This document shows, in pieces, positions 53,378-63,750 of a DNA stretch of 64,000 nt (its first letter is position 1; each line of letters starts with the position of its first letter). A program made the translations under genes and the position numbers. The notes below the pieces were generated by a model. It searched no databases. It was not told where the DNA came from and was given only the letters and a program-made list of their open reading frames with translations. The DNA lies in contig MCFE01000270.1 in assembly GCA_002104905.1 (NCBI GenBank), positions 42,891 through 106,890 on the forward strand, written 5' to 3'. The stretch is from Basidiobolus meristosporus CBS 931.73. Taxonomy: Eukaryota; Fungi; Basidiobolomycota.

Positions 53378-55485
53378 TTAGTCGATGTCGGCGTCGAACT
53401 GGTACTTCTCGACTACCTCTTGGAACATCGTCTTGCAGGGCACATCCGCCTTCAATTTCGAGCAAAGCAAGAACGCTCCAGAAAGCTTTCGATGAAGACT
53501 GTATGTTTCGTCGGGAGGTGGGGTGAGTCGGTGGCGAATCATCGTTGGTATGGTGTCGGTGACGCGGTCGGTGATGGTCTGTGTGGAGAATGGATAGACG
53601 TCGGGCGCGTCTACTTGGAAAGGCTCCCCGAGGGTTAGCATGGAGTCCACGTGCGCTTGGTTCATGACCTCGGTCTCGTAGCCGGTGAGGAATCCAAGCT
53701 TGCGAGAATAGTGAAGGCAGCCCTCACGATCCTTGTTAGTTGCGGCAATCAGGTTCTTCAGATAAAGGTCCACAAATTTCTTGTTGAAGCCACGGCTGGC
53801 TCCAAAGTCCAAGAGCTCGATCTAAAAGAACCAGTTAGAAGGTGTGGGCTGTGGTTAATCAAAAATCACCGAGAACCTTCTTGGTCTTCTCGTTGTAGAG
53901 GAAGTTGGTCCAGTTGGGATCGGTCTGCATGTAGCGGAACTCGAACAACTCACGCAGACATAGTCTTAGGATCTTCTCGCCAATCTGAAGGAAGCATGCC
54001 CGGTTAGCACTTCAACTGCCGATGAGTGATTCATCCCGCTTACCATATTCCGGGTTTGCTGATCAAAGCGAGACGCCTTGTTCAATGGGACGCCGTTCAT
54101 GAATTCCGTGGTCAGGATCATTGATGTGGACAGCTCTGGGTACATCTTCGGCACGTCGAAGTGGGGATCGTTCTCCAAGTAGGATCGGAAGGTCTCTATG
54201 CATTGGGCCTCACGGTCATAATCGCATTCCCAGCCAAGCTCTCGTCTCATGGCCTTGATGGAGTTATCCAAGTAAAGGCCTTTCGGAAGCAGGCTGCTCA
54301 TCAACAAGAGCGACTTTAAGCTCTTCAAATCCCCATCAATCGACTGGGCAACTCCGGGGTATTGCACCTTAACGGCCACCAAAGTGTTATCCGGGAGTTT
54401 GGCTCGGTGGACTTGTCCAATGGAGGCGGCGGCAACCGGAATGGTCTCGAAATCCATGAATTTCTCTCGCCACTCGGCCCCCAGCTGCTCCTTCATGATG
54501 GACTCCAGTTGAGACTGCGGCATGTAATTGGCGCTGTTTTGGACTCTAGTCAGGATTTCCTGAAGCTGAGGTGGGAGCAATTTGTTGTCCTGGATACTAA
54601 TCATCTGGCCCAGCTTAAGGGCAGCTCCGCGCATGCGTGACAATTTGGTCACCAGACGGTCCACATTAGCTTCGCTCATAAATACGTTGCCGGAAAGGGA
54701 AGAGCTTCCGGTGGCCCGACGAACAGCCTCACCAACGGCCCCAAACCCAATGCCCAAGCCCAAGCCTGCATTTTCACTAAATAAGCGATCCATTGAGAGG
54801 GGTGACTAATGATACTTACTGCCATATTGCCACAAGCGGCCAATTCGACTAGTGGGGACCTTGGATTCCTTGAGCAGAACTTTTGGATCCTGCGAAGGCA
54901 TTACTTTCAATCGCTCTTGGTTGCTTGAACGAAAAGCTTCCTTACCTCGTAGGCTACCTCTTCGACGAAACCAACCGGCTGCGAGCCCAAGATTGGCTCC
55001 GGAGCGTTGATGCCGGTGGGCTTTTCTTGTTCCACCTCCTTGCTATTGAATGGGGGAACGCCTGACGTTGGTGTGAGGTCTATATGAGGCTCCTTAGGGG
55101 GTTTTACTTGCTCTAAATGAGGTCTAGCCTCTACTCTCTGCTCTGTCGCTACACTGGAAGCTACGTTGTTGGATACACTGTCCAACGGCTCTACCGGAGT
55201 AGGAACTTCCACTGGGGATTTTGGGATGGTGGCTGCTCCAGTGTAATTGGCCTCCGGAAGGTTGTTTTCAGGCTGTATCGGAGTTATCGAAGGGAACTTG
55301 CCAACTTCCGTTTGGGTTGCGGCGAATGATTTCACGGTATTCTGCGAGGTTTGGGCGAGTCTAGTGAGGGAAGAAGTTTTCAAGTGATATTTCACGGACT
55401 CTGCTTGGTTTCTGGCAACCCTGAAGGCTACATTACCGGCCACGTCCAACAACGAATATAGATCACCAAGCCTCTTTGAACCCAT
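53378..55485 (-). CDS. COQ8: Mitochondrial atypical kinase COQ8/ABC1 (UbiB family), multi-exon
   Basis: [72 protein letters not shown]. Confidence 0.93.
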
Positions 55486-56399
55486 TCTTTTGTGCAGTGC
55501 GTTGGACTCCTTGGAAACACTACACTAACAAACTTTTCGTTCAGTAGGATTTTAATGAAATAAAAATAACTCTGGGCAATGATTTTGTGGCCCAGCATTG
55601 CATTCTCGATCAAATTCATGTCAATATATGGAAGCGTAGTGAATAGTCAGGACACTCGGCGGCTCTATCAATAAATAGAGTAAGTATTGTATTCCAGTCA
55701 CAAGAGCCGGTTAGTTACATTTCTAACGTCAGAATCATATTGGGCGCCCCAAATCAAGGCACCGAATCACCTCCGCAGTCACCTATCAAATAAACCAGTG
55801 AAGGTCACCAAGAACAGAACAGATGCCATGTCGCTTCGTTACGCGAGAAGGGCATTGGGAAAGACCGTAGCCAATGGCGCATTGTTCGTGTACAGCATAT
55901 CGCTTGGATGATTCCTGTGAGGCAGAGTCTTGTGCATTTAGTTCGTTTCGGTAACGAATGTCCTGACTAACCCCAGAGTCCATTTTCCTCAGCTCCTTCA
56001 ACTCCCAGATAGTGGTGCATGTGTAGGCGTGGTGATCCACCCGCTCTCGTCCCGTCGTTCGCAACACCTACGAAACGTGATGACCCGAGATCCAGATTCA
56101 ACTCTATGTTGGCGGGAAATTCCGATTGCCGACGCGCTAAGGATTAGCAGGCATTGGTGCGCAGATATCATTGGTGGAGCCACTCGCTAATTGGAGCTCA
56201 CTATTTGAAGCTATTCATTGAGGATCACTAGATTGTTTTGGAAGTTGCTCGAAATCGCTGGAGGCTGCTGGGCATTGATCGATATCCAATTATAGTAAGT
56301 CGTGTGCAAGATAAATGCCCGATTGTCACCGGGAACAATTCAGTTTCATCAGCTTTTAGTCCTCCATCCTCACTCGCACCTCAGTAGGCAAGCTACCTC

Positions 56400-57440
56400 A
56401 TGTATTCCCCGCTTTATAGTTTCACCCCATTCGACCTATTTGGCCAGCAACATATACATCAGCAGCCATCTTGGTATTTTCAGCAATCGCAGCCAGAAGA
56501 ATATCTCTTTCCCGAACACATCGCCACGCAGCCTAGCCTGTACAGATATCCCATGATGCAACCTCGACATTGCCATTCCCAACAGCCAGGAAAATGCTAT
56601 GTACTACCATCCAGACACCCAGGTCCACTTGCTCGGGAGTTCTTAAGCCCTCGCTCCACTACAGGATACATGGATATTGAGGAATCGCAGCAGCCTTTCG
56701 AAGTTCGCCCAGGTTGGTCTGAAGACGAGCAATCGTCCGATTCCGAGCAGGATGTAGATTTGGGCCAGCCAGCATTCACAAGCTCCCAGTCTACCCACAG
56801 TGGCACTCAACAAGTCAACGAGCGATCAAGAAGCAGGAAAAGATCGCACGACACCCTGAAGCCACAGCAGCCACACAAGAAACGTAGTGGAAAAGAAAAG
56901 AGACGCGACCGTAAGTCCAAAAAAACCCATCGCAAAGAAACCAAGAGATGGAAAGAAGCGGTCCAGCAATTCAGGTATAATCGGGCAGTAAAGCTCATCC
57001 AACGTCAGTGGCGTCTTTACCAACAAAAGCGTAGAGAAGAGGCGTCCAGAAAGATCGTGGGATTTATCCATGCGCGCCTAGAAATCCGTCAAGCACAGCA
57101 GGTTCTACAGCATCTCCGACAACTGCGCTCTTTCGAGACAGAACTTGATCTCACACACGAACGCCAGGCCCCTAGAGTTTTCAAGCGGCCCCTCAAGTTT
57201 GCTTCCGATTCAACCCCGGAATCGATAAAAATCCCGCCGGTGAAGGAAAACCAGTGCTATCTTGGGTACGAAGATGCTTTGCTAAGGCTACTCATGCGTA
57301 TTGATGGAGTTGACAGTATTGGGTCGGACATTGTGCGGCATGCCAGAAAGTCCTTGGTGAATAAGACCCAGTCCCTCTTGGATCAACTCGATGAATTCAA
57401 GAAATCCCAATATAGCACGTTGGTTACAAGTCGCAATTAA
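56400..57440 (+). CDS. IQ-motif + BAG-domain protein (putative Hsp70 co-chaperone), single exon
   Basis: AVKLIQRQWRLYQQK IQ-like motif; C-terminal YEDALLRLLMRIDGVDSIGSDIVRHARKSLVNKTQSLLDQLD BAG consensus. Confidence 0.8.
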   Translation: MYSPLYSFTPFDLFGQQHIHQQPSWYFQQSQPEEYLFPEHIATQPSLYRYPMMQPRHCHSQQPGKCYVLPSRHPGPLAREFLSPRSTTGYMDIEESQQPFEVRPGWSEDEQSSDSEQDVDLGQPAFTSSQSTHSGTQQVNERSRSRKRSHDTLKPQQPHKKRSGKEKRRDRKSKKTHRKETKRWKEAVQQFRYNRAVKLIQRQWRLYQQKRREEASRKIVGFIHARLEIRQAQQVLQHLRQLRSFETELDLTHERQAPRVFKRPLKFASDSTPESIKIPPVKENQCYLGYEDALLRLLMRIDGVDSIGSDIVRHARKSLVNKTQSLLDQLDEFKKSQYSTLVTSRN

Positions 57441-58687
57441 TGACGAAAGGCCAGTTGTATCATATTTTACTCATTAATGCATCCACCAGCCGTCTCGATC
57501 AACATATTACATCCCATATCACCTCAACAGTAATAAATCATCTGTGTATAATACCACACTGTACTGCGTGCGCTTTCTTTCGAATGAAAGAGTCAACACT
57601 AAGCCATGAGGGGCATTGGTTGTTACTTAGTATTGAGTTGAGGCAGCGATAGAGATCCAGTGTAGTTCTAGTTGGAGGGAGTCTCAGTCTATGTCGGTGC
57701 TGGTAGAAAGAGCTACCCGCGTTAATGACATGCGATAGTTCTGGCGACTGGAGTTATAGCTCTGGGTGATACTAGTGACCTATGCCGAGGCACAGAGCCT
57801 CAATGCAAGAAAGGTGGTAGACACCCGTAGGGTGATATGAGATGCCTTAGTAACATGTAAATTCCCTGCCCCCGTGCAACTGTCTAAGCCTGAATATACA
57901 TAGATGCCACCTGTATTCATACCTTCAGCAACATAGTCAACTGACTCTGCTAAGACTGCCAGTGTCGGTTAGTTTGGTAGGGAATAAATCAAAATGAGAA
58001 CTTCGTACTTTGTAAATATCTTGGTGGACTTCGCGAATTAACTCAATACTCAAATTTGTGTCTAACAAATTGTGGAAACACGAAGAATGGCTATTTTCAA
58101 ATTGCCCATTAGCCCCTGAGTATTGCATATATCCTTCCATATTCTTCAAAACATTTTGATAGGTACCTTTAGCAAGTTCCTACGCCCAATAAATATACTG
58201 GTTGAATCCACTCATTACCTATGCAACTCCAGGTCAAAATCCAACTTACATATTTCAGAAGGTCCAGCATATAGTAAATTGTAGAAATCCACTTGGTAGA
58301 AGTTAATTTGCACTCAGTGCTATCAACAAAATCTGTACTAATATTACACACTCATTGTGATATACTGCCAAGCCATATGCTGGAGACTTGATTACTAACT
58401 CTGGTATTTTTTGTTTCCAATAGAGTATACTTCCAAACTTAAGAAGTTTTGTGAGTTTCAAACCTCTGCAAAGGACCTCATACTGCCATATTGCCCCCAG
58501 TTATCCCAGTGAAGGCCTAAATGTTATTGTATTCCCAAATTTATACCAAAGGCCCCAATATTTGTACACTACCTCCTGAAACCTTTCTTCTAGCACTCTT
58601 GCCATTTTCCCACAAAGCTCCCCTTACAGTGTACACATATCATCAGAGCTCAATAAAGCAAACCTTCCAGCTCTCCAGGTCATCTGA

Positions 58688-59410
58688 TTAGGGGGAGGGA
58701 AAGTCACCAAAGTAGGTGAAATCTTTATTTGATTTCAGACAAGTCTAACTACAAATAAAGAAGCCAGCTGGGAATAGAAGATTCCCAAAGTAAAAACTAA
58801 GTTGACTATAAATAAATCTAAGCTAAAGTTAAGGCAGTATCCCAGAGTACACTGGAGTTCAGGTTCATGGGGGAGTGAAGTAGATAAGCTTGAGAGATAT
58901 AATAATCTTTTAAGAAGTGGGTAACAGCAGGTGAAGGGGAGTTTTTGATAAGTGAAGTGAATCTTGAGATCAGAGATTCCTCTAATGAGAAGGTCTTGTA
59001 AACTGGAGAATCAGGAAACTCTTTGAAGGCATGGTCAGTAGGTTCCCAGTAAAACTGGTCAGAGACATTTTGAGAGAATCGTTTAGCAATACTTTTGTCA
59101 AGTACTACCTCCAGAGTGTGATGGTTGATAAATCTCATGTTGACAATCTTGGATAAGTTGTAACCTTGTTGCTTGAGATACATCCTATGCTCAGATATAG
59201 GAATAAACTCCACATTGGCAAAGTAGCAGACAGCCCAGTCAGTAGCAGGAGGCAAATCAGAAGTGGCAGGAAACTTTCTTTTGGTCTTGGGAGGAGCAGC
59301 AGGATGTCTTGAGGAAGCAGGAACAGACTTTTTGACAACTTCAGAGTAGGAAGAGTGAGCAGGAGCAGATGATTCTTGGGGAGTCTTGATGGCAGGAAGA
59401 GTTGGCACAC
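58688..59410 (-). mobile_element. Telomeric retroelement module A, copy A1 (5'-truncated)
   Basis: Co-linear with 62734-63447; 3' end joined to unique DNA through a single TTAGGG at 58688-58693. Confidence 0.9.
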
Positions 59411-60488
59411 TTAGGGGGGAGACAGTCACCAACAGGTGAAATCTTTATTTCAGTTGAAACAAAGAAGCCAGCGCTACTGTTGTAGCTTTGATACAAGAGT
59501 GTGTAGCTGAGGGGAATTTGTAGGTAAGTTAATAAGAAGTGATGATAGTTCTTCAGTGCTCAAGACACTGTTCAGTGGGAAGGGGGATAGCAAGAGAGGT
59601 AAGAATGACTTGTGAACAACATTAATGAGGGGAATGTGATAAGGATTGATGTTCATCATAAAGGGAGTGTGCTGCTGCAGATATTGCTGCCAAAGGTCTG
59701 TCAAGTACTTCAGGTAGGCCAGCTTGGGTTTTTCTGACTGCAGAATGTAGTGAGCAAACTTCTTGACTTCAGGATCTCCAAGTATAGTTCTCCAGCAGGA
59801 GCCAGGTATTGTGTGGTGTGTTCTCTTCCAGGCCTTAATCAGTGGGTTGTTGCAGTTGTGAAGTCTGAGGTATAATCTGGTTCTAAGGTAGAGAAGTCTG
59901 ATCTTATAGGGCATAAACCCAAAAGCACCAAGAATAGCATGTCTGTAGGGGCATTCAGGCAAATGAGGCACCAAGGAGGTAATGCACCATACTGCAAACT
60001 TGTCAAGCTTAGTGCAGTCTCTAGAAGTAAGAGAGAGAGAAGTGGTAAGCCAAATTCCAGGACAGGGAAGACAAACTGCTTGAGTAGAAGGAGGCAGCTG
60101 GGAGCTGAAGTTGTAGGAGGAGTAACAGCCAGTAGCTTGTGGAGTGCCTGTCTTGCTAGGATAATTCTCTTCTTCAGGTGTGCTCCAGAGTCTAGTCCAG
60201 TAGGAAGGAAAGGAAAGCCAAGATATGTAGCAGAAACCTGAGCAGGTAGAGTGAAGTTCTCCAAGTTGATGGGAGAGCCCAAAGGTACTGTCTTTGCAAT
60301 GGAAAGCTGGAGATTATTCTTCTGCAGATACTGGTGGATGGTCTGGGAGTCTTGTTGCACATTGGAGGAGGATATTCTGATGTCATCAGCAAAGAGAGTA
60401 ACCAGGCAGTCAGCTGAGAGTCTTGGGAAATCATTCAGGAAGATGGCAAACAGTATAGGACCAAGCACAGAGCCTTGAACCACTCCAT
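59411..60488 (-). mobile_element. Telomeric retroelement module B, copy B1 (5'-truncated RT)
   Basis: Near-identical to 60501-61577; begins inside the RT (GVVQGSVLGP); 3' end TTAGGG-GGG at 59411. Confidence 0.92.
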
Positions 60489-60506
60489 TTAGGGTTAGGG
60501 TTAGGG
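60489..60506 (+). repeat. Interstitial (TTAGGG)3 between B1 and B2
   Basis: ccat-ttagggttagggttaggg-gggg-agacagtcacc. Confidence 0.95.
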
Positions 60507-62712
60507 GGGGAGACAGTCACCAACAGGTGAAATCTTTATTTCAGTTGAAACAAAGAAGCCAGCGCTACTGTTGTAGCTTTGATACAAGAGTGTGTAGCTG
60601 AGGGGAATTTGTAGGTAAGTTAATAAGAAGTGATGATAGCTCTTCAGTGCTCAAGACACTGTTCAGTGGGAAGGGGGGTAGCAAGAGAGGTAAGAATGAC
60701 TTGTGAACAACATTAATGAGGGGAATGCGATAAGGATTGATATTCATCATAAATGAAGTGTGCTGCTGCAGATATTGCTGCCAAAGGTCTGTCAAGTACT
60801 TCAGGTAGGCCAGCTTGGGTTTTTCTGACTGCAGAATAAAGTGAGCAAACTTCTTGACTTCAGGATCTCCAAGTATAGTTCTCCAGCAGGAGCCAGGTGT
60901 TGTGTGGTGTGTTCTCTTCCAGGCCTTAATCAGTGGGTTGTTGCAGTTGTGAAGTCTGAGGTATAATCTGGTTCTAAGGTAGAGAAGTCTGATCTTATAG
61001 GGCATAAACCCAAAAGCACCAAGAATAGCATGTCTGTAGGGGCATTCAGGCAAATGAGGCACCAAGGAGGTAATGCACCATACTGCAAACTTGTCAAGCT
61101 TAGTGCAGTCTCTAGAAGTAAGAGAGAGAAGTGGTAAGCCAAATTCCAGGACAGGGAAGACAAACTGCTTGAGTAGAAGGAGGCAGCTGGGAGCTGAAGT
61201 TGTAGGAGGAGTAACAGCCAACAGCTTGTGGAGTGCCTGTCTTGCAAGGATAATTCTCTTCTTCAGGTGTGCTCCAGAGTCTAGTCCAGTAGGAAGGAAA
61301 GGAAAGCCAAGATATGTAGCAGAAACCTGAGCAGGTAGAGTGGAGTTCTCCAAGATGATGGGAGAGCCCAAAGGTACTGTCTTTGCAATGGAAAGCTGGA
61401 GATTATTCTTCTGCAGATACTGGTGGATGGTCTGGGAGTATTGTTGTACATTGGAGGAGGATATTTGATGTCATCAGCAAAGAGAGTAACCAGGCAGTCA
61501 GCTGAGAGTCTTGGGAAGTCATTCAGGAAGATGGCAAACAGTATAGGACCAAGCACAGAGCCTTGAACCACTCCATTAGGAACTGAGAACACAGCTGATT
61601 GCTCACTTGGGTGCAGAATTCTTGCTTGTGGATCCAGAAACAGAGACCTGATAAGGAGGGTGAGAGAGGTACTGGAGAAGCATTGCAGCTTGGACCAAAG
61701 CAGATTTCTGTCAACTGAATCAAAGGCCTTAGTAATATCAAACAGAACAGAGGGATACTTGCACTGGAGAGAGTGATCTTGGCTAAGTATGACTGCATAT
61801 TCCAAGGAGAGGCCAGGAACAAAGCCAAACTGTGCAGGATGAAACTTGAGGGAGTCAGAGTAGAGCTCCTGAGCAAGCAGAAGCTCAAACACCTTTCTGC
61901 AGGAGGGCAGCAGAGATATTGGCCTGTAGGAGCTAGGATCCGGGTGCTTTCCTTTACCCTTATACAGTGGCAGAACATTTGCAAAGGACCATTCCACAGG
62001 AGTAGAAAGCTGGGCTGAGCATTGTTGAAACAGTGGAAGCAGAAGTGCAGACATGGCCTTGGTACTAGTCTTCAGAAGCTCATAGGGGATTGTGTCCACA
62101 CCTGGAGCAGTAGAGTTGGGAAGCCTCTTGAGCACATTATGGATTCTCCTTTGATCAAGTGCAATTGGGATGGGCAGAGTCTTGAAGTCAGGATGAAAGC
62201 CAGGAGTTGAGTACTGCTTTGTAGAGAAGAAGATGTTAGCCAGCTGTTCTGTTGAAGGTAACTTCCTGGAAGAGGGCCTCATTGCTCTGTAGAGTCTTGA
62301 TACTGTTCTTGTTATAGAGTTGGAAGATTGCAGAGGCAAAGAACTCATAATATGATCCCAGAGCTGAGTATGCAGAGTGTGGTGAATTGCCTTGGAGTGG
62401 TGTATTGCTGTCAGGAGGAGTTTCTCTGTTTTTGGGTTAGGGAAACTCAGGTAGCTTTGTTGCAGGGCTGAAACAATGGATTCCCATTTTCTTGAGGCAA
62501 CAGCAGTAGTCTTGCATGGCAGTGAGAGGGAGGCAGACACCAGAATCAGATGCTTCACAAAGAGCCAGGCATAGTTGAGATCATCTGGCAGAGAAAGTAG
62601 CAAACTGGCAAGCTTCAAGTAGTTCCCAAAGTCTTTCTTCTGATTCTTTGTAGCTTTGTGGGTGAGCACAGTAAGTTTTGGCAGCTTCTTCTTCACAACT
62701 GGTTGCATAGAA
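60507..62712 (-). mobile_element. Telomeric retroelement module B, copy B2 (longest)
   Basis: Bounded by telomeric repeats on both sides; contains the RT ORF and a 58-nt 3' UTR. Confidence 0.92.
60565..62708 (-). CDS. Non-LTR (LINE-type) reverse transcriptase, ~714 aa after correcting one 1-bp deletion near 61466; no endonuclease domain recognised
   Basis: APGVDTIPYELLK, YRPISLL, QFGF, FDITKAFDSV, GVVQGSVLGPILF, LFADD, TYLG; frame restored by comparison with B1. Confidence 0.9.
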
Positions 62713-62733
62713 GGGTTAGGGTTAGGGTTAGGG
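62713..62733 (+). repeat. Interstitial GGG(TTAGGG)3 between B2 and A2
   Basis: catagaa-gggttagggttagggttaggg-gagggaaagtcacc. Confidence 0.95.
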
Positions 62734-63750
62734 GAGGGAAAGTCACCAAGGTAGGTGAAATCTTTATTTGATTGCAGACAAGTCTAACTACAAATAAAGA
62801 AGCCAGCTGGGAATAGAAGATTCCCAAAGTAAACACTAAGTTGAATATGAATAAATCTAAGCTAAAGTTAAGGCAGTATCCCAGAGTACACTGGAGTTCA
62901 GGTTCATGGGGGAGTGAAGTAGATAAGCTTGAGAGATATAATAATCTTTGAGGAAGTGGGTAACAGCAGGTGAAGGGGAGTTTTTGATAAGTGAAGTGAA
63001 TCTTGAGAGCAGAGATTCCTCTAATGAGAAGGTCTTGTAAACTGGAGAATCTGGAAACTCTTTAAAGGCATGGTCAGTAGGTTCCCAGTAAAACTGGTCA
63101 GAGACATTTTGAGAGAACTCTTTAGCAATACTTTTGTCAAGTACTACCTCCAGAGTGTGATGGTTGATAAATCTCATGTTAACAATCTTGGATAAATTGT
63201 AACCTTGTTGCTTGAGATACATCCTATGCTCAGATAGAGGAATGAACTCCACATTGGCAAAGTAGCAGACAGCCCAGTCAGTAGCAGGAGGCAAATCAGA
63301 AGTAGCAGGAAACTTTCTTTTAGTCTTGGGAGGAGCAGCAGGATGTCTTGAGGAAGCAGGAACAGGCTTTTTGACAGCTTCAGAGTAGGAAGAGTGAGCA
63401 GGAGCAGATGATTCTTGGGGAGTCTTGTTGACAGGAACAGCTGGCAGAGAGACAATAGATTCTTGCAGATCAGAGAAGGCAGAAAACAGCTTTTGAACTT
63501 GTTTCTTGAGTAAAGCATTTTCAGCTTCAACAAGTGCAAGCCTTTCCTCAAGGAAGGAAATCTGAAGGGAATGGAGGGAAGGCATAAGAAATAAGAAGAA
63601 GAGGGTAAGATGGGGTGGGTGGGTGGGAAAATTAGCAGGGAGAAGAGAAGGAAGGAGCAAAAATTCCAGAAGTCAGAATTTATAGATGGATGGACAAGGG
63701 TAGATGGATGGATTATTCCTGGGTTAGGAAAATTAGCAGGGAGAAGAGAA
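62734..63750 (-). mobile_element. Telomeric retroelement module A, copy A2 (longest), abutting the telomere
   Basis: Contains an intact ORF; shares the 3' terminal motif with B. Confidence 0.9.
62857..63585 (-). CDS. ORF1-like protein (242 aa from the first ATG): N-terminal coiled coil, S/P-rich linker, alpha/beta domain
   Basis: LEERLALVEAENALLKKQVQKL heptads; SYSEAVKK motif; conserved between A1 and A2; ORF1/RRM-like identity is inference. Confidence 0.7.
   Translation of the reverse strand: MPSLHSLQISFLEERLALVEAENALLKKQVQKLFSAFSDLQESIVSLPAVPVNKTPQESSAPAHSSYSEAVKKPVPASSRHPAAPPKTKRKFPATSDLPPATDWAVCYFANVEFIPLSEHRMYLKQQGYNLSKIVNMRFINHHTLEVVLDKSIAKEFSQNVSDQFYWEPTDHAFKEFPDSPVYKTFSLEESLLSRFTSLIKNSPSPAVTHFLKDYYISQAYLLHSPMNLNSSVLWDTALTLA

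Noticed and set aside
39189-55329. Numerous 60-120 aa ORFs overlapping host genes
   Set aside because: Antisense or alternate-frame shadows of GC-rich coding exons.
55786-56183. Small Cys/His-containing ORFs as a zinc-finger gene
   Set aside because: The spacing does not fit CCCH or C2H2 and no family was recognised; a small gene cannot be fully excluded.
57937-58687. Transposase remnant next to the telomeric array
   Set aside because: Only a faint DSTE motif and low CpG; not enough to assign a family.
58818-59432. 204-aa ORF as an independent gene
   Set aside because: Its start lies in the 3' end of B1; it is the truncated A ORF read through the junction.
60565-61000. C-terminal zinc knuckle or restriction-like endonuclease as in R2/MoTeR
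   Set aside because: Cys/His spacing (HNC...HH...C) does not fit CCHC and no PD-D motif is visible; a remote fold cannot be excluded without a profile search.
60507-62712. Penelope-like (Athena/Coprina) identity, or a hammerhead ribozyme at the module ends
   Set aside because: The RT motifs are LINE-type (YRPISLL, KAFDSV, QGSVLGP). A GAAA follows stem 1 on the plus strand but no CTGANGA core is present.
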